The notes below the pieces were generated by a model. The model had not been told where the DNA came from, did no database searches, and worked only from the letters and a program-made list of their open reading frames with translations. Source: Candidatus Latescibacterota bacterium (GTDB taxonomy: Bacteria > Latescibacterota > UBA2968 > UBA8231). From it: DNA of 64,000 bases. Below, in pieces: positions 51,101-61,253 of the stretch. Within the stretch, counting starts at the first letter, position 1. Each line of letters opens with the position of its first letter. The DNA lies in the NCBI GenBank assembly GCA_965206595.1, contig OZ242214.1, forward strand, positions 2,880,001-2,944,000, given 5' to 3'. The translations under genes were made by a program, and so were the position numbers.

Positions 51101-53611
51101 CTACAGGCCGCGCTTGAAGCCGGCGTTCACCTGGCGCCGGGGACCGACGAGGATGCCGGAGCTCAGGTGGGCCTGGGGCTGGCCGGCGTTGGAGTGCAGC
51201 CTGGATCCGATGTAGACCTCGTCGAGCAGGTTCTTGGCGGTTACGAAGGCGCTCCAGCGCGGAGAGAAGGCGTAGTCGGCGCTGGCGTTGAGGACGGAGT
51301 AGGCGGGGATCGGGCCGGTGTCCCCGCGATTGTAGGTGCGCCGGATGTTCTCGAAGTCGGTGAAGACCCCGTCGACGAAACGCAGGTCGGCGCGCAGGCG
51401 CAGCCCCCGCTTCGTCCGCTTGACCAGGCTCACGGTCAGGGTGTGCGGCGGCGCGTAGGGCAACTGGTTGCCGGTGAGGTCCACGGCGACGTTGCCGGCC
51501 ATGGTGGCCGAGGTGATGATGCCGCTGCGGATCCGCGTCTGCAGCCAGGTGTAGGAGAGGTCGACGTCGGGCAGGAGCGAGCCGAGTCGGGAGGTCGCAA
51601 GGGCCAGGGCCGTTTCGAGGCCGTAGGTGTCGACCTTGCCGAGGTTGCGGAACGCCGTGCCGCGGCCGGCGGCGACGAGATCCTCGATCTTCAGCAGGAA
51701 AGCGGAGGCTTCCAGGGTCAGCCACTGCCCCCCGGAGCGCAGTCCGGCTTCGATGTTCCAGCTCTTTTCCGCCTCGAGATCGAGCCCGCCTGCATCGGCG
51801 TCCTGGCCGAAGTTGGTGACCTTCAGCGCTCCGCTCGAAGGGGGGGTGTAGCCCCGATGGACGCCGGCGAAGGCGTTGAAGCGGCCGAACCGGCAGTTGA
51901 GGCCGAAACCGGGCAGGAGCACCCAGGAGACCTTGTCGGCCAGGATGGAACCGCGCAGGCGGTCCACCCGGTCCTGCTTGAAGATCTCGAAGCGCATCCC
52001 CGGATCGAGGGTCAGCCGTCCCCATTCGATCCGCTCCTTGGCGTAGAGGGCCAGGGCCGCGGTTTCGTAGTGGTGGCTCTGTCCCACGATCTGCACCGGG
52101 TCGCCGGGGTCGCCCGGAGTGCCGGTGTAGTAGACGCCGTCCCGCGCGTCCGGGGCGCCGCCGATTTTCTTGTCGTCGATGAAGCGCTCCCAGTGGGCGC
52201 GGACCCCGGCCTCGGCCTTTGCCGCGTGACCGCCGATACCGTGTTTGAGCGTGTAGTCCTGCGCGACGCCGGCGACGTAGAAGGTCCGCAGGATGCCGAA
52301 GTTGCCGGCCCCGCCTCCGATCCGCACCAGGTCTCCGCTCTGGTAGTAGGGGACCGGAGTGAGGTCTCCTGTCTCGAGGGCCGAGGCGCGCACGAAAACG
52401 TCGTCCTCCCGCCACCAGCGGCGGTCGAAGAGATTGAGGTAGGCCGTGGTATTGCCGACGAGATTCGCGGTGATCCTGCTGGTGTACATCAGGTCGAGGG
52501 AGGTGCGCAGGAGCCTTAAGTTGTCGTCTTCCTTGGGATTGAAACGCGGATCGGTGCGGAAGGAGTACTCCGTGAGACCAGTGTAGGTCGCGTTGGAGTT
52601 TTCGTAGTTGGCGTTGGCTTTCAGGTAGAGGACCTTCCTGCTGCTCAGGCGGACCTGCGTCTTGACCGTGCCGTTGACCTGGTCGAAAGCGTTGTTTTCC
52701 CGGAAGCCGGCTCCGTGTTTGTAGAGCAGCTGCATGTCGGAGGTGACCGCTCCGCCGCCAAGCCCCCTCCACTCCGAGAAGGCGCTGTAGTAACCGTTGT
52801 TGCCCAGGGTAAGCTGGTTGACCATCCCCCTGGTGCCGTCCGGTCTCCGCGTCGTGTAGTTGATGACACCCCCCATGGTCTGGGGGCCGAAGCGGATGGC
52901 CGAGCTCCCCTTGACCACCTCCATCGCGTCGATCCGTTCGGACGGGGGGTTGTAGTAGGCGTTGGGATAGATGTAGACCGCAGGCTGGATCGGCACCCCG
53001 TCTTCCATGATCAGCACCCGCGAGCTGCGGCGGGGATTCAGGCCCCGGATGCCGATGCTCAGGCGGGAATTGCCGAAGCCGTCGTCGGCGTAGCCGTTGA
53101 TGCCGGGCAACAGCTCGAGCAGTTCCTGCGTGCCGACCGGCCTGATCAGCTCCACGGTCTGCCGTCTCAGCTTCGAGGCGGTCCCGGGGCGCTTCCGGTT
53201 GACCAGCGGGGACTCGTCGATGATTTCGATCGGGGCCAACTCGATAGGATTGCTCAGCAAGGGGATGTCGAGAGCGAGGGTCGATCCCGGCGCCAGGGAG
53301 ATTTCCTCGAAAAACGGGTCGTAGCCTATCAGGCTCACGGCGATCCGCCCCGGTCCCGGCGGCACATCGGTGAGGGAGAAGGAGCCGTCCTGCCCGGTCG
53401 TCGCCCACTGGATCCCGCCCCCGTTCAGCTCGACCCTGACGACAGCACCGAATACCGGCTGCCCGGTATCCTTGTCGATCACCTCCCCGCGGATCTCCGC
53501 CGGCGCGCTGACGCCTGTCGGCTGCTGGCTCGGAGCAGGGCTGCCCATCAGCATGCCCGACATCATCACGAGGCCCACAAGTCCCCACATGTGCGGCTTT
53601 CCCGCTGCCAT
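51101..53611 (-). CDS. TonB-dependent receptor (FecA-like)
   Basis: Signal, N-terminal Ig-like domain, plug GIRGL...EDGVP...EVVKG...GGVINY, KNLLDEVY near C-terminus. Confidence 0.9.
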   Translation of the reverse strand: MAAGKPHMWGLVGLVMMSGMLMGSPAPSQQPTGVSAPAEIRGEVIDKDTGQPVFGAVVRVELNGGGIQWATTGQDGSFSLTDVPPGPGRIAVSLIGYDPFFEEISLAPGSTLALDIPLLSNPIELAPIEIIDESPLVNRKRPGTASKLRRQTVELIRPVGTQELLELLPGINGYADDGFGNSRLSIGIRGLNPRRSSRVLIMEDGVPIQPAVYIYPNAYYNPPSERIDAMEVVKGSSAIRFGPQTMGGVINYTTRRPDGTRGMVNQLTLGNNGYYSAFSEWRGLGGGAVTSDMQLLYKHGAGFRENNAFDQVNGTVKTQVRLSSRKVLYLKANANYENSNATYTGLTEYSFRTDPRFNPKEDDNLRLLRTSLDLMYTSRITANLVGNTTAYLNLFDRRWWREDDVFVRASALETGDLTPVPYYQSGDLVRIGGGAGNFGILRTFYVAGVAQDYTLKHGIGGHAAKAEAGVRAHWERFIDDKKIGGAPDARDGVYYTGTPGDPGDPVQIVGQSHHYETAALALYAKERIEWGRLTLDPGMRFEIFKQDRVDRLRGSILADKVSWVLLPGFGLNCRFGRFNAFAGVHRGYTPPSSGALKVTNFGQDADAGGLDLEAEKSWNIEAGLRSGGQWLTLEASAFLLKIEDLVAAGRGTAFRNLGKVDTYGLETALALATSRLGSLLPDVDLSYTWLQTRIRSGIITSATMAGNVAVDLTGNQLPYAPPHTLTVSLVKRTKRGLRLRADLRFVDGVFTDFENIRRTYNRGDTGPIPAYSVLNASADYAFSPRWSAFVTAKNLLDEVYIGSRLHSNAGQPQAHLSSGILVGPRRQVNAGFKRGL

Positions 53612-53614
53612 CGT

Positions 53615-53872
53615 TCAGAACAGCTCGGGATTTGCTTTTGCGCGGGCCTGGCCAGCGGGGTCGCTGCCCGGGAGGGTGCTGGCGGCGTAGCTCCCCTCCT
53701 CTTCTTCTCCGGACTGCGGAGCCAGCACGGGATCGCTCTCGCATCCGGAAATCAGGTGCCAGCACAGGCCGCACAGCAGAAATGCCAGAAGCCAGGAAGC
53801 GGCCTTACTCTTCATAATCAAACCCTCTGTTGCCATGCGAACGGGATCTCCCCGTTCGGTATGTGTCGTCAA
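53615..53872 (-). CDS. Small putative lipoprotein upstream of TonB receptor
   Basis: MKSKAASWLLAFLLCGLCWHLISGC signal/lipobox; start probably near 53815. Confidence 0.45.
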   Translation of the reverse strand: MTTHTERGDPVRMATEGLIMKSKAASWLLAFLLCGLCWHLISGCESDPVLAPQSGEEEEGSYAASTLPGSDPAGQARAKANPELF

Positions 53873-54137
53873 TCGTCGGTATGCATCGTCAATCGGAAAT
53901 GTTCATTGCCAATCGAAAGTAGGCATTACTAATCTATTATTTGTATTATCAATCAAATGTTTGATATACAGAACAACAGTTTGCTAATATAGACCAGCGT
54001 TTTTCCCGCCGTCAACCGCTTTTTTCGCGTTGACCCGCTGGCTATTGTATCGGAAAGGGCTTTGGGAAGAGTTTTCTGCAGGCGGGATTTCCTGACATAA
54101 TTCCATGTTTTACAATGGGTTGAACCGATAGGATGTC

Positions 54138-55112
54138 GTGCGGATCATCGTAACAGGGGCCGCGGGGTTTGTCGGGTCGCATCTATGCGAACGGATGGCC
54201 GCCCTGGGGCACAACACAGTCGGCGTCGATTCCTTCACTGACCACTACCCGGTCCGGCTGAAGGTGCGCAACGCCGGCGAGCTGGCGGATGCGGGGGTCC
54301 GGCTCGAGCGCCTCGACCTGGCCTCGGACCGGTTGGAGGAGGTGGTTGCCGATGCCGAACTGGTCTTCCACCTCGCGGCCCAACCCGGCATTTCCGCGCA
54401 CGTACCCCCGGAGGCGTACGTTCGCAACAACCTCGTCGCAACCAGCGCGCTTCTGGACGCGTGCGCCGCCCTCAGGCCGCCCCCCTTCCTGGTCAACGTC
54501 TCGACATCGTCCGTGTACGGGCGGCGCGCCACCGCTGCGGAGACCGCCCTGCCCGAACCGATCTCCTGCTACGGGGTGACGAAGCTCGCCGCGGAGCAGC
54601 TGGCGTTGGCGCACTGGCGCGGGGGCAGACTGCCGGTCTGCTCCTTGCGCCTGTTCTCCGTCTACGGCCCGCGGGAGCGCCCCGAGAAGCTCTACATGAA
54701 GCTGATAACCAGCATCCTCGAGAGGGAGGAATTTCCCCTGTACGAAGGCAGTCAGGACCACGAGCGCGCCTACACGTTCGTCGACGACGCCGTCGCCGGA
54801 CTCCTCGCGGTCCTCGATCACAGGGACCGGTGCGCCGGGGAAATCTTCAACATCGGATCGGAAACCGGGACCTCGACGCGCAGGGGTATCGAGATCGTGG
54901 AGGAGATCCTGGGCAGGAAGGCACGCCTGAAGGTTCTCCCTCCGCGTCCCGGCGATCAGACCCACACCCGGGCAAACATCGACAAGGCGAGAGGCGTGCT
55001 CGGGTTCGTCCCCGCCACCGGACTGGAGGAGGGCCTGGAGACCCAGGTTGAATGGTGCAGGAAGCTGTTGGCCGAGGAGCCTGGGAAATCGTCAGCTCCG
55101 TATTCTCCTTAG
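54138..55112 (+). CDS. NAD-dependent epimerase/dehydratase (nucleotide-sugar)
   Basis: TGAAGFVGS, HLAAQPG, STSSVYG, YGVTK, FSVYGPRERP. Confidence 0.92.
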   Translation: MRIIVTGAAGFVGSHLCERMAALGHNTVGVDSFTDHYPVRLKVRNAGELADAGVRLERLDLASDRLEEVVADAELVFHLAAQPGISAHVPPEAYVRNNLVATSALLDACAALRPPPFLVNVSTSSVYGRRATAAETALPEPISCYGVTKLAAEQLALAHWRGGRLPVCSLRLFSVYGPRERPEKLYMKLITSILEREEFPLYEGSQDHERAYTFVDDAVAGLLAVLDHRDRCAGEIFNIGSETGTSTRRGIEIVEEILGRKARLKVLPPRPGDQTHTRANIDKARGVLGFVPATGLEEGLETQVEWCRKLLAEEPGKSSAPYSP

Positions 55113-55678
55113 GAGACTCCGGGCATCGCCGGCTTCCCGACGGCCTCGAGGGCAGCGGCCTCTACATCCAGGGGCACAATCGCAGCGACGACCTCTTCAT
55201 GTTCTTCAAGAGGCAGGTCGGCGGACTGAAGGCCGATGCGGAATACACCGCCGTCCTGTACCTCGATCTGGCGACCAACGTCCCGGAAGGTCTGGTCGGC
55301 ATCGGCGGCTCTCCCGGGGAGAGCGTGTTCGTGAAAACGGGAGCGTCCACCGTCGAGCCCCTGGCTCCCGAGGACGACAACGGATACTTCAGGATGAACA
55401 TCGACAAGGGAAACCAGTCCAAGGGGGGCCGGTCGATGGTTGTTCTGGGACACGTCGCTCACCCGGAGGTGACCGGCGAGGAGTACCGCCTGAAATCCCT
55501 CGACAACTCCGGCAGTCCGGTGCATGTCACCGCGGACGGAGAAGGCAGGCTGTGGCTGATCGCCGGCACGGACTCCGGATTCGAGGGCCTGAGCGCCTTC
55601 TACTACGCACGCATCGCCTGCACGCTCACCCCGGTGGAAACTCCGGGCACGGGGGCTTCCCTTCTCGGGGTCGAATAG
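55052..55678 (+). CDS. Conserved hypothetical protein, probably 5'-truncated
   Basis: GLYIQGHNRSDDLFMF, GIGGSPGESVFVK, RMNIDKGNQ, GTDSGFEG; overlaps epimerase 3' end. Confidence 0.55.
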   Translation: MVQEAVGRGAWEIVSSVFSLGDSGHRRLPDGLEGSGLYIQGHNRSDDLFMFFKRQVGGLKADAEYTAVLYLDLATNVPEGLVGIGGSPGESVFVKTGASTVEPLAPEDDNGYFRMNIDKGNQSKGGRSMVVLGHVAHPEVTGEEYRLKSLDNSGSPVHVTADGEGRLWLIAGTDSGFEGLSAFYYARIACTLTPVETPGTGASLLGVE

Positions 55679-55702
55679 AGTTCGGACAGGTCGGGTTTAC
55701 GA

Positions 55703-58700
55703 CTACGGCCTCCGGGCTTCCGCTGAGAACGCGCAGACCCCGTTGGCCAGCCGCATCTGCCGCACCGAGCGGCACTCCGGCTCGAACAGCTTCGGGCTCG
55801 CCACCAGGACGCAGACGCAGCGGGCGCGGCTGGTGGCGACGTTGAGCCGGTTGAGGCTGTACAGGAACTCCATGCCGCGCGGCGCATCCTCCGGGCTCGA
55901 GGTCGTCATGCTGTAGACGACGGCCGCGGCCTCCTGCCCCTGGAACCTGTCGACGGTGCCGACCTTCGCCCGGGGGCCGAGCTTCAGTTGCAGCTCCGCC
56001 ACCTGGGCGTTGTAGGGGGCCACCACGAGGATGTCATCCAGCTGCAGCGGTTTCGCCCTGCCGTCGGCGCCCCTCCAGGTCACCCCCTCCCGGGTCAGCT
56101 CCGCCACCACTTCCGCGACCCGCGCCACCTCTTCCGGGCTGGTGCCCTGGTTCCCCTCGTGTTCCACCTCCTCCACCCACAGGCCGGCGCCGCGGTACTT
56201 CGTCGGTCCGGCAACGGCCTGGCGCTCCATGCCTTCGCGGGACGTCAGCTGCCCCTCGTAGAACTGCCGCGAGGTGAAGCCGCAGATCGCCGGGTGCAGG
56301 CGCCAGGTCTGCTCGAGGAACAGGCCCTTCTCCGCCGGCATGACGCTGCCCTCGCCGATCACGTGCTGCAGCGCCGACACGTCGGTCCCTTCCGGGTGGC
56401 TTCCCTTCTGCGGCTGTTCCAGCTGCTGCGGGTCGCCGAGCAGCACGAGGTTGCGCGCGCACGGGCTCATGGCCAGGACGTTGGCGAGGCTCATCTGCCC
56501 GGCCTCGTCGACGAACAGGACATCCACCGACCCGGCGTACTGCTCGCGCGACCACAGCCAGGCGGTACCGCCCACCACGTTGGCTTCCCCCGCCTCGAGG
56601 GCGGCGAGCAGCGCGTCGTTGCTATTGGTCTCCTCGATTCCCTCGGGCGGCTCGGCCGAGAGCTCGGTCACCTTGTGAATACAGGCCAGTTCCACCCGTT
56701 CGTCCGCCGCGGCTCCCAGGGCGCTCTGCAGCAGGTTGTCGATCACCTTGTGGCTCACCGCGGAGACCCCCACCCGCTTTCCCCGCTTCACCAGCTCGAC
56801 GATCATGCGGCCCCCGGTGAAGGTCTTGCCGCTGCCCGGCGGACCCTGGACCGGCAGCGCCCCCCCGTCGAGCTCCCCGGCGAGGCGGCGTGCCGCATCG
56901 ACCGCGGATTCCCCTTTGCTGCGCAGGAGACCGGGGGCGTTCCGCCGCGGATCGAGGCGCTGCAGCAGGTCGCGGCCGGCGCGGGCGCAGCTGCCGGCAT
57001 CACCGGCGTCCACTCCGTTTTCGGCCACCCACTCCCCGAGGCGCATCAGGCTATCCCGCAATACGTTCGTGCGCACTACGCCGAACTCGTACAGGCAACG
57101 CGGACGGTCCTCTTCCCTCCCTCCCGCCTGCTTGACATCCACCGTCCCGGCGATGAGGTCGATGCCGACGAGGTTCCCCAGCTTCGCGCCTTCGCCGTCG
57201 TACAGCCCCGCCCCTTCCCCGATCTCGACGATCTGCTCCGGGTAGGAGTACCGGTGGCGAGGGTTCCTCTCCTTTCCCACCTTGGGCAGCTGCTCCTTCC
57301 AGACGAGCCCGGCGATCGCCGCCTTCTCGTCGAGGAGCTCCTCCTCGGGCAGGTCGCGGAGCCGGAAGAACTCCCACCAGGCCGTCTTCTCCTCGCGCCA
57401 GTGCCAGTCGAGCAGGTAGGCAAGCAGCCAGCGCCCCTGCTCATCCCCGTTGCGCTCCTCGGGCAGCGGCGACACCCCTTCCGTCAGCCGGCCGCGCAGA
57501 TCCTTCAGCTCCTGCTGCCGCTCCGTCAGCTCCTCCCCGGGCTCGCCTTCCTGCAGCTGCGGCCGCGGCACCTCTTTCCCCTCCTCTACCTGGCGGGCGC
57601 GCAGCTCCTCCAGCCACTGCCGCAGCCGCCACGTCGACACACAGTCGTCCTCGTTGTACCCGCGCACGATCTCGCGAATCTCCTCCGGCGCATCCTGCCC
57701 CTGTCCGGTCTCCAGCAGGGCCTCCAGTAGGCGCTTGGGGCGGCTCACCTCCCGCAGGGCGATGCGGCGCTCGTACCCGAAGAACCGCTCCAGCTCCTTG
57801 ATCGAGTAGCTCTCGACGCCGGCGCGCACCGCCTGCCGCGTCACCCGGTAGAGGTCGACGAAGGCCTCGGCGCGCAGCAGCTCGTCCACCTCCTGCTCGC
57901 ACGTGGCGTAGCGGCCCATCAGCCGCTTCAGGGCCGCCGGCTCGTACGCGGCGTAGTGGTAGACGTGCATCCCCGGATGCCGCCGGCGCCGCTCCATGAC
58001 CATGTCGATGAAGCGCTCGAAGGCAGCTTTTTCCGATAGCCCGTCGTGCGCCCAGACGTGGCAGTAGTCCGGATCCCCGCTGCTCCCGCCCGGGACGGCC
58101 GCCCATCCGAACAGGTACTCGAGGCCTCCTTCTCCGGCGAACGGGTCCCCCTCGAGATCGAAGAACAGGTCCCCGGCATCCGGCTCGGGCAGGCGCGTCA
58201 GGCCGCTGTCCTCGCAGACCGGGAGCATCTCGAAATACGGCTCCTCGCTCGTGCGGTCCTTCAGCTGCACATGCGCCTGGTGCCGGGAATGGTCCAGGCT
58301 CTCGCGGCTGCCCCGGTTCGGCCTCAACCCGGGGGCAAGCGGCGCGCGGCCGAACCGCTCGAGAGTGTCGATCTCCCACCCGGTCAGCTCGCTCCGCTGC
58401 CCGCGCGTGATCCCCGCCACCAGGCTGAGGTGATCGTCGGCGCGGCGCTGTTTGTCGCACAGCCTCCACCAGTCGCAGACGTTGCAGTGCTCGCACGGCT
58501 CAGGGTAGGTGCCGGCTCCGTTGCGGGCGGCCTCTTCGAGGCGCGCCTTCACCCGCCGGTAGTAGGCCTCGTAATGATCGACGCGGTACACCTCCGGCTC
58601 GAAGCCGCTGCCCGGAGTGACCACCTTGACCACGTCCGGCCGCCTGCCCTGCAGCTTGCCCAGCATCTCGGCGTAGAGGCAGAGCTGCAGGATGGTCCCC

Positions 58701-59113
58701 GGTTTCGTCTGCGCCGACAACTTGGTGTCCACCACCTCGTAGTGGTACTCCCCAAGGTCGCTCGGGCCCTCGACCCGCAGCAGCACGTCGGCGCGGCCGT
58801 TCCAGCAGCCGTCCTCCAGCCAGGCCTGGGAGATCGCGCCGGCACCGTCGGCCATGGCCTGGCGGGTCGCTGCGAGGTTCTGGTTTCCCCGCACCTCCAC
58901 CACTCGGACGCCCTGATCCCTGAGGTGGTCCAGGTAGGAGCGCTCGTGCTCCATCCCCTTTTGCTGCAGCACATCTATCCCGGGGTCGTACCAGTAGGGC
59001 CTCTTCAGCTCCTTTCGGGCGCAGCGCAGGTCGAGCTGGGTCTTGTGGCGGCAGGCGAGGTGACTGGCGAGGTCGGTGGCTGACAGCCTGAGACGGGATC
59101 CTGAGAAATGCAT
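55703..59113 (-). CDS. TM0106-family RecB-like nuclease fused to RNase H-like and SF1 (DNA2/NAM7-like) helicase
   Basis: GRADVLLR..YEVVDTK..QLCLY, HCNVCDW, FFDLEGDP, YNEDDC, QGPPGSGKT, VDEAGQ, GDPQQL, APYNAQV, TVDRFQGQE, NVATSRAR. Confidence 0.92.
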   Translation of the reverse strand: MHFSGSRLRLSATDLASHLACRHKTQLDLRCARKELKRPYWYDPGIDVLQQKGMEHERSYLDHLRDQGVRVVEVRGNQNLAATRQAMADGAGAISQAWLEDGCWNGRADVLLRVEGPSDLGEYHYEVVDTKLSAQTKPGTILQLCLYAEMLGKLQGRRPDVVKVVTPGSGFEPEVYRVDHYEAYYRRVKARLEEAARNGAGTYPEPCEHCNVCDWWRLCDKQRRADDHLSLVAGITRGQRSELTGWEIDTLERFGRAPLAPGLRPNRGSRESLDHSRHQAHVQLKDRTSEEPYFEMLPVCEDSGLTRLPEPDAGDLFFDLEGDPFAGEGGLEYLFGWAAVPGGSSGDPDYCHVWAHDGLSEKAAFERFIDMVMERRRRHPGMHVYHYAAYEPAALKRLMGRYATCEQEVDELLRAEAFVDLYRVTRQAVRAGVESYSIKELERFFGYERRIALREVSRPKRLLEALLETGQGQDAPEEIREIVRGYNEDDCVSTWRLRQWLEELRARQVEEGKEVPRPQLQEGEPGEELTERQQELKDLRGRLTEGVSPLPEERNGDEQGRWLLAYLLDWHWREEKTAWWEFFRLRDLPEEELLDEKAAIAGLVWKEQLPKVGKERNPRHRYSYPEQIVEIGEGAGLYDGEGAKLGNLVGIDLIAGTVDVKQAGGREEDRPRCLYEFGVVRTNVLRDSLMRLGEWVAENGVDAGDAGSCARAGRDLLQRLDPRRNAPGLLRSKGESAVDAARRLAGELDGGALPVQGPPGSGKTFTGGRMIVELVKRGKRVGVSAVSHKVIDNLLQSALGAAADERVELACIHKVTELSAEPPEGIEETNSNDALLAALEAGEANVVGGTAWLWSREQYAGSVDVLFVDEAGQMSLANVLAMSPCARNLVLLGDPQQLEQPQKGSHPEGTDVSALQHVIGEGSVMPAEKGLFLEQTWRLHPAICGFTSRQFYEGQLTSREGMERQAVAGPTKYRGAGLWVEEVEHEGNQGTSPEEVARVAEVVAELTREGVTWRGADGRAKPLQLDDILVVAPYNAQVAELQLKLGPRAKVGTVDRFQGQEAAAVVYSMTTSSPEDAPRGMEFLYSLNRLNVATSRARCVCVLVASPKLFEPECRSVRQMRLANGVCAFSAEARRP

Positions 59114-59251
59114 TTACCTGTTTCCTGGGTCAGGCAGCGGCGGAAAGGTTGCTGCGGTGGGGAAAGAGGCCATTTCCATCATTGCTCCGGATTGGGTAAG
59201 GCGGGTCCTCGACGCCGCGGCCTCGGCGCAGGCGGTATGCTCCATCACGCC

Positions 59252-59683
59252 TCACAGCGGCGAGGTGTGCATCTTGAGGATTGTGAAACCCCCGGCCGCG
59301 GCGTGCCGCACCTCTTCGGCGAACTCAACCGGCGAACAAGGCCGCGTCCAGGCCGCCAGCGACACGGCATCGCGCCGCTTCTGCCCCATCAGCTTGTAGG
59401 CCGGGACCTCGAGCCGCTTCCCCATCAGGTCGTACAGGGCCGCCACCAGGCCGTGGTTGAGGTTGCTGCCGACGAAGTCGAACGGGTCGCGGCCGATGAC
59501 CGGTTCGACCGCGGACCGAGGCGGCACCGGGCCCCGCGTCTCCCCGTAGCCGACCAGCCCGGAGTCGGTGGCGACGCGGTACACGGCGATCTTGGAGACC
59601 TGCCCGTAGAAGGCGAAGTTGCCGCGGTTGCGGGCCTGGTTTCGGGGGTGGATCTGGAAGACGTCTACGTCGGTGATTTTCAT
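59252..59683 (-). pseudogene. Mandelate racemase/muconate lactonizing enzyme family, N-terminal fragment
   Basis: MKITDVDVF...TDSGLVGYGE...ALYDLMGKRLEVPAYKLMG, stops after KMHT. Confidence 0.8.
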
Positions 59684-60077
59684 GGCGGGTTCGAATTTTG
59701 GAGGGGTTGAGCAGGATCGCATCACCGGAAGCCGCGGACACCGACTGGTCTTGCATAGTGCACGCAATAGCACTATTTTCGTTATCTCGCCAGATGGCCG
59801 GAACCAAGGGAAACCCCTCGCGGGAAAATCCCTAGGGTGGAAGCCGCGCCGCCTTCCGCGCAGGCCGGTGGCGCCTAACATGGCCGTTCCGCACTTTGAC
59901 CAAGCGCAACTGCACGACCCAGACAACCTGATCGGACGCTGCGGAGGTGGCCAAAGATGATTGAGTTTTTTGTGCTTGGACCCGAATATGTTATGTACAG
60001 TACGGGGGCGGTGTGGAGTGTGGAGGGGGTGAGCGGGTGAGGTAAAAGGTAACGGCAATGGAGGAAAAGGAAAAATT

Positions 60078-60680
60078 ATGAAAACGATCCATGCGACCGA
60101 GATAAAAGACCTGATACAGCGCGCCGATGAAGGCGATGCAGAAGCACAGTATGACCTTGGCTGGAGGTACTCCGCCGGTCATGGTGTGGGGCAAAACGAT
60201 GAAAAGGCGGAGAGCTTGCTCCGCAAGGCAGCCGAGCAAGGACATGAAAAAAGTCAGAACATCCTTGGCGTGATGTATTCCATTGGTCATGGTGTGCGAC
60301 AAGACTATGTAGAGGCGGCAAAGTGGCTCCGCAAGGCAGCCAAGCAAGGACTTGCTCAAGCCCAGAAAAACCTTGGCGCGATGTATGCCATTGGCAATGG
60401 TGTGCGGCAAGATTATGAAGAGGCGGTGAAGTGGCTGCGTAAGGCAGCCGAGCAAGGGTTTGCTCAAGCCCAGCACGACCTTGGAGTGATGTATGCAAAT
60501 GGCCAAGGCGTGCGGCAAGACTATATGGAAGCCCACATGTGGTGGAATCTCGCCGCGGCACAAGGTAACGAGGAAGCACGCGAAAAACGCGATACGGTGG
60601 CCAAAATGCTGACCGCTTCTCAAGTTGCCGAGGCCCAGTGCCGGGCGCGGAAAAAAATGGACGAGATTCACAATGAATGA
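60078..60680 (+). CDS. Sel1-like repeat protein
   Basis: Repeated AQ.xLGxMYxxGxGVRQDY.EA.KWLRKAA.QG units. Confidence 0.92.
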   Translation: MKTIHATEIKDLIQRADEGDAEAQYDLGWRYSAGHGVGQNDEKAESLLRKAAEQGHEKSQNILGVMYSIGHGVRQDYVEAAKWLRKAAKQGLAQAQKNLGAMYAIGNGVRQDYEEAVKWLRKAAEQGFAQAQHDLGVMYANGQGVRQDYMEAHMWWNLAAAQGNEEAREKRDTVAKMLTASQVAEAQCRARKKMDEIHNE

Positions 60681-61125
60681 AGAACAAAAATTAACAGAGG
60701 AACTCGATCAGCAGCTCCGCCAAAAAAATAAAATACACTGGAATCTGGAGCGGGTTGTTATTGGCACCACCGAAGACAAGCTCCGGCTCTGTCTGCACAA
60801 CGCTATTGACCGTCTCGGCACCAAACGGGAGTGGAGGACACCATCGGCCCTCCTGGTGACACTCATTCTTGCACTAACCACGACTGAATTCAAAGACCAA
60901 TTCGCTATTCCCGCAGCAACCTGGCACGCGTTTTTCTTACTCTTGGCGGTAGTCACATTCTTCTGGACTATTAAGGCTATATGGAAAGCGACCAGGGTCG
61001 AAGTATCTGTTGAATCAATCGTATCCGAAATCAAGCAGCAACCTGCAGAAAGCAAGAAAAGCACCAAAATAAATAGGTTTACCGCTTTTGTGAAGAAGCT
61101 GTTCCCCAAAGGGAAAAAGCAATGA
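60673..61125 (+). CDS. Hypothetical two-TM membrane protein
   Basis: Overlaps Sel1 gene end; IGTTEDKLRL, two hydrophobic helices. Confidence 0.65.
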   Translation: MNEEQKLTEELDQQLRQKNKIHWNLERVVIGTTEDKLRLCLHNAIDRLGTKREWRTPSALLVTLILALTTTEFKDQFAIPAATWHAFFLLLAVVTFFWTIKAIWKATRVEVSVESIVSEIKQQPAESKKSTKINRFTAFVKKLFPKGKKQ

Positions 61126-61253
61126 TCGTGATTGAAGCAACCCTACCGCCAGTCCAGCCCCCGGATTGGGCCGTGTTGGAACGGCAGCTTTTTCCAAGTC
61201 GTGGGGGTGTGTGAGAGGAAGTTTCAGGCGGAGCCGGCTGCCCGGCTCGTCGA

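Noticed and set aside
49334-53774. Very long ORFs (1061 aa on +, 1123 aa on -) and similar ones at 1065-3263, 5218-7293, 42439-45006 and 55988-57730
   Set aside because: Shadow or alternative frames of real genes in GC-rich DNA; Arg/Pro/Gly-rich with no motifs
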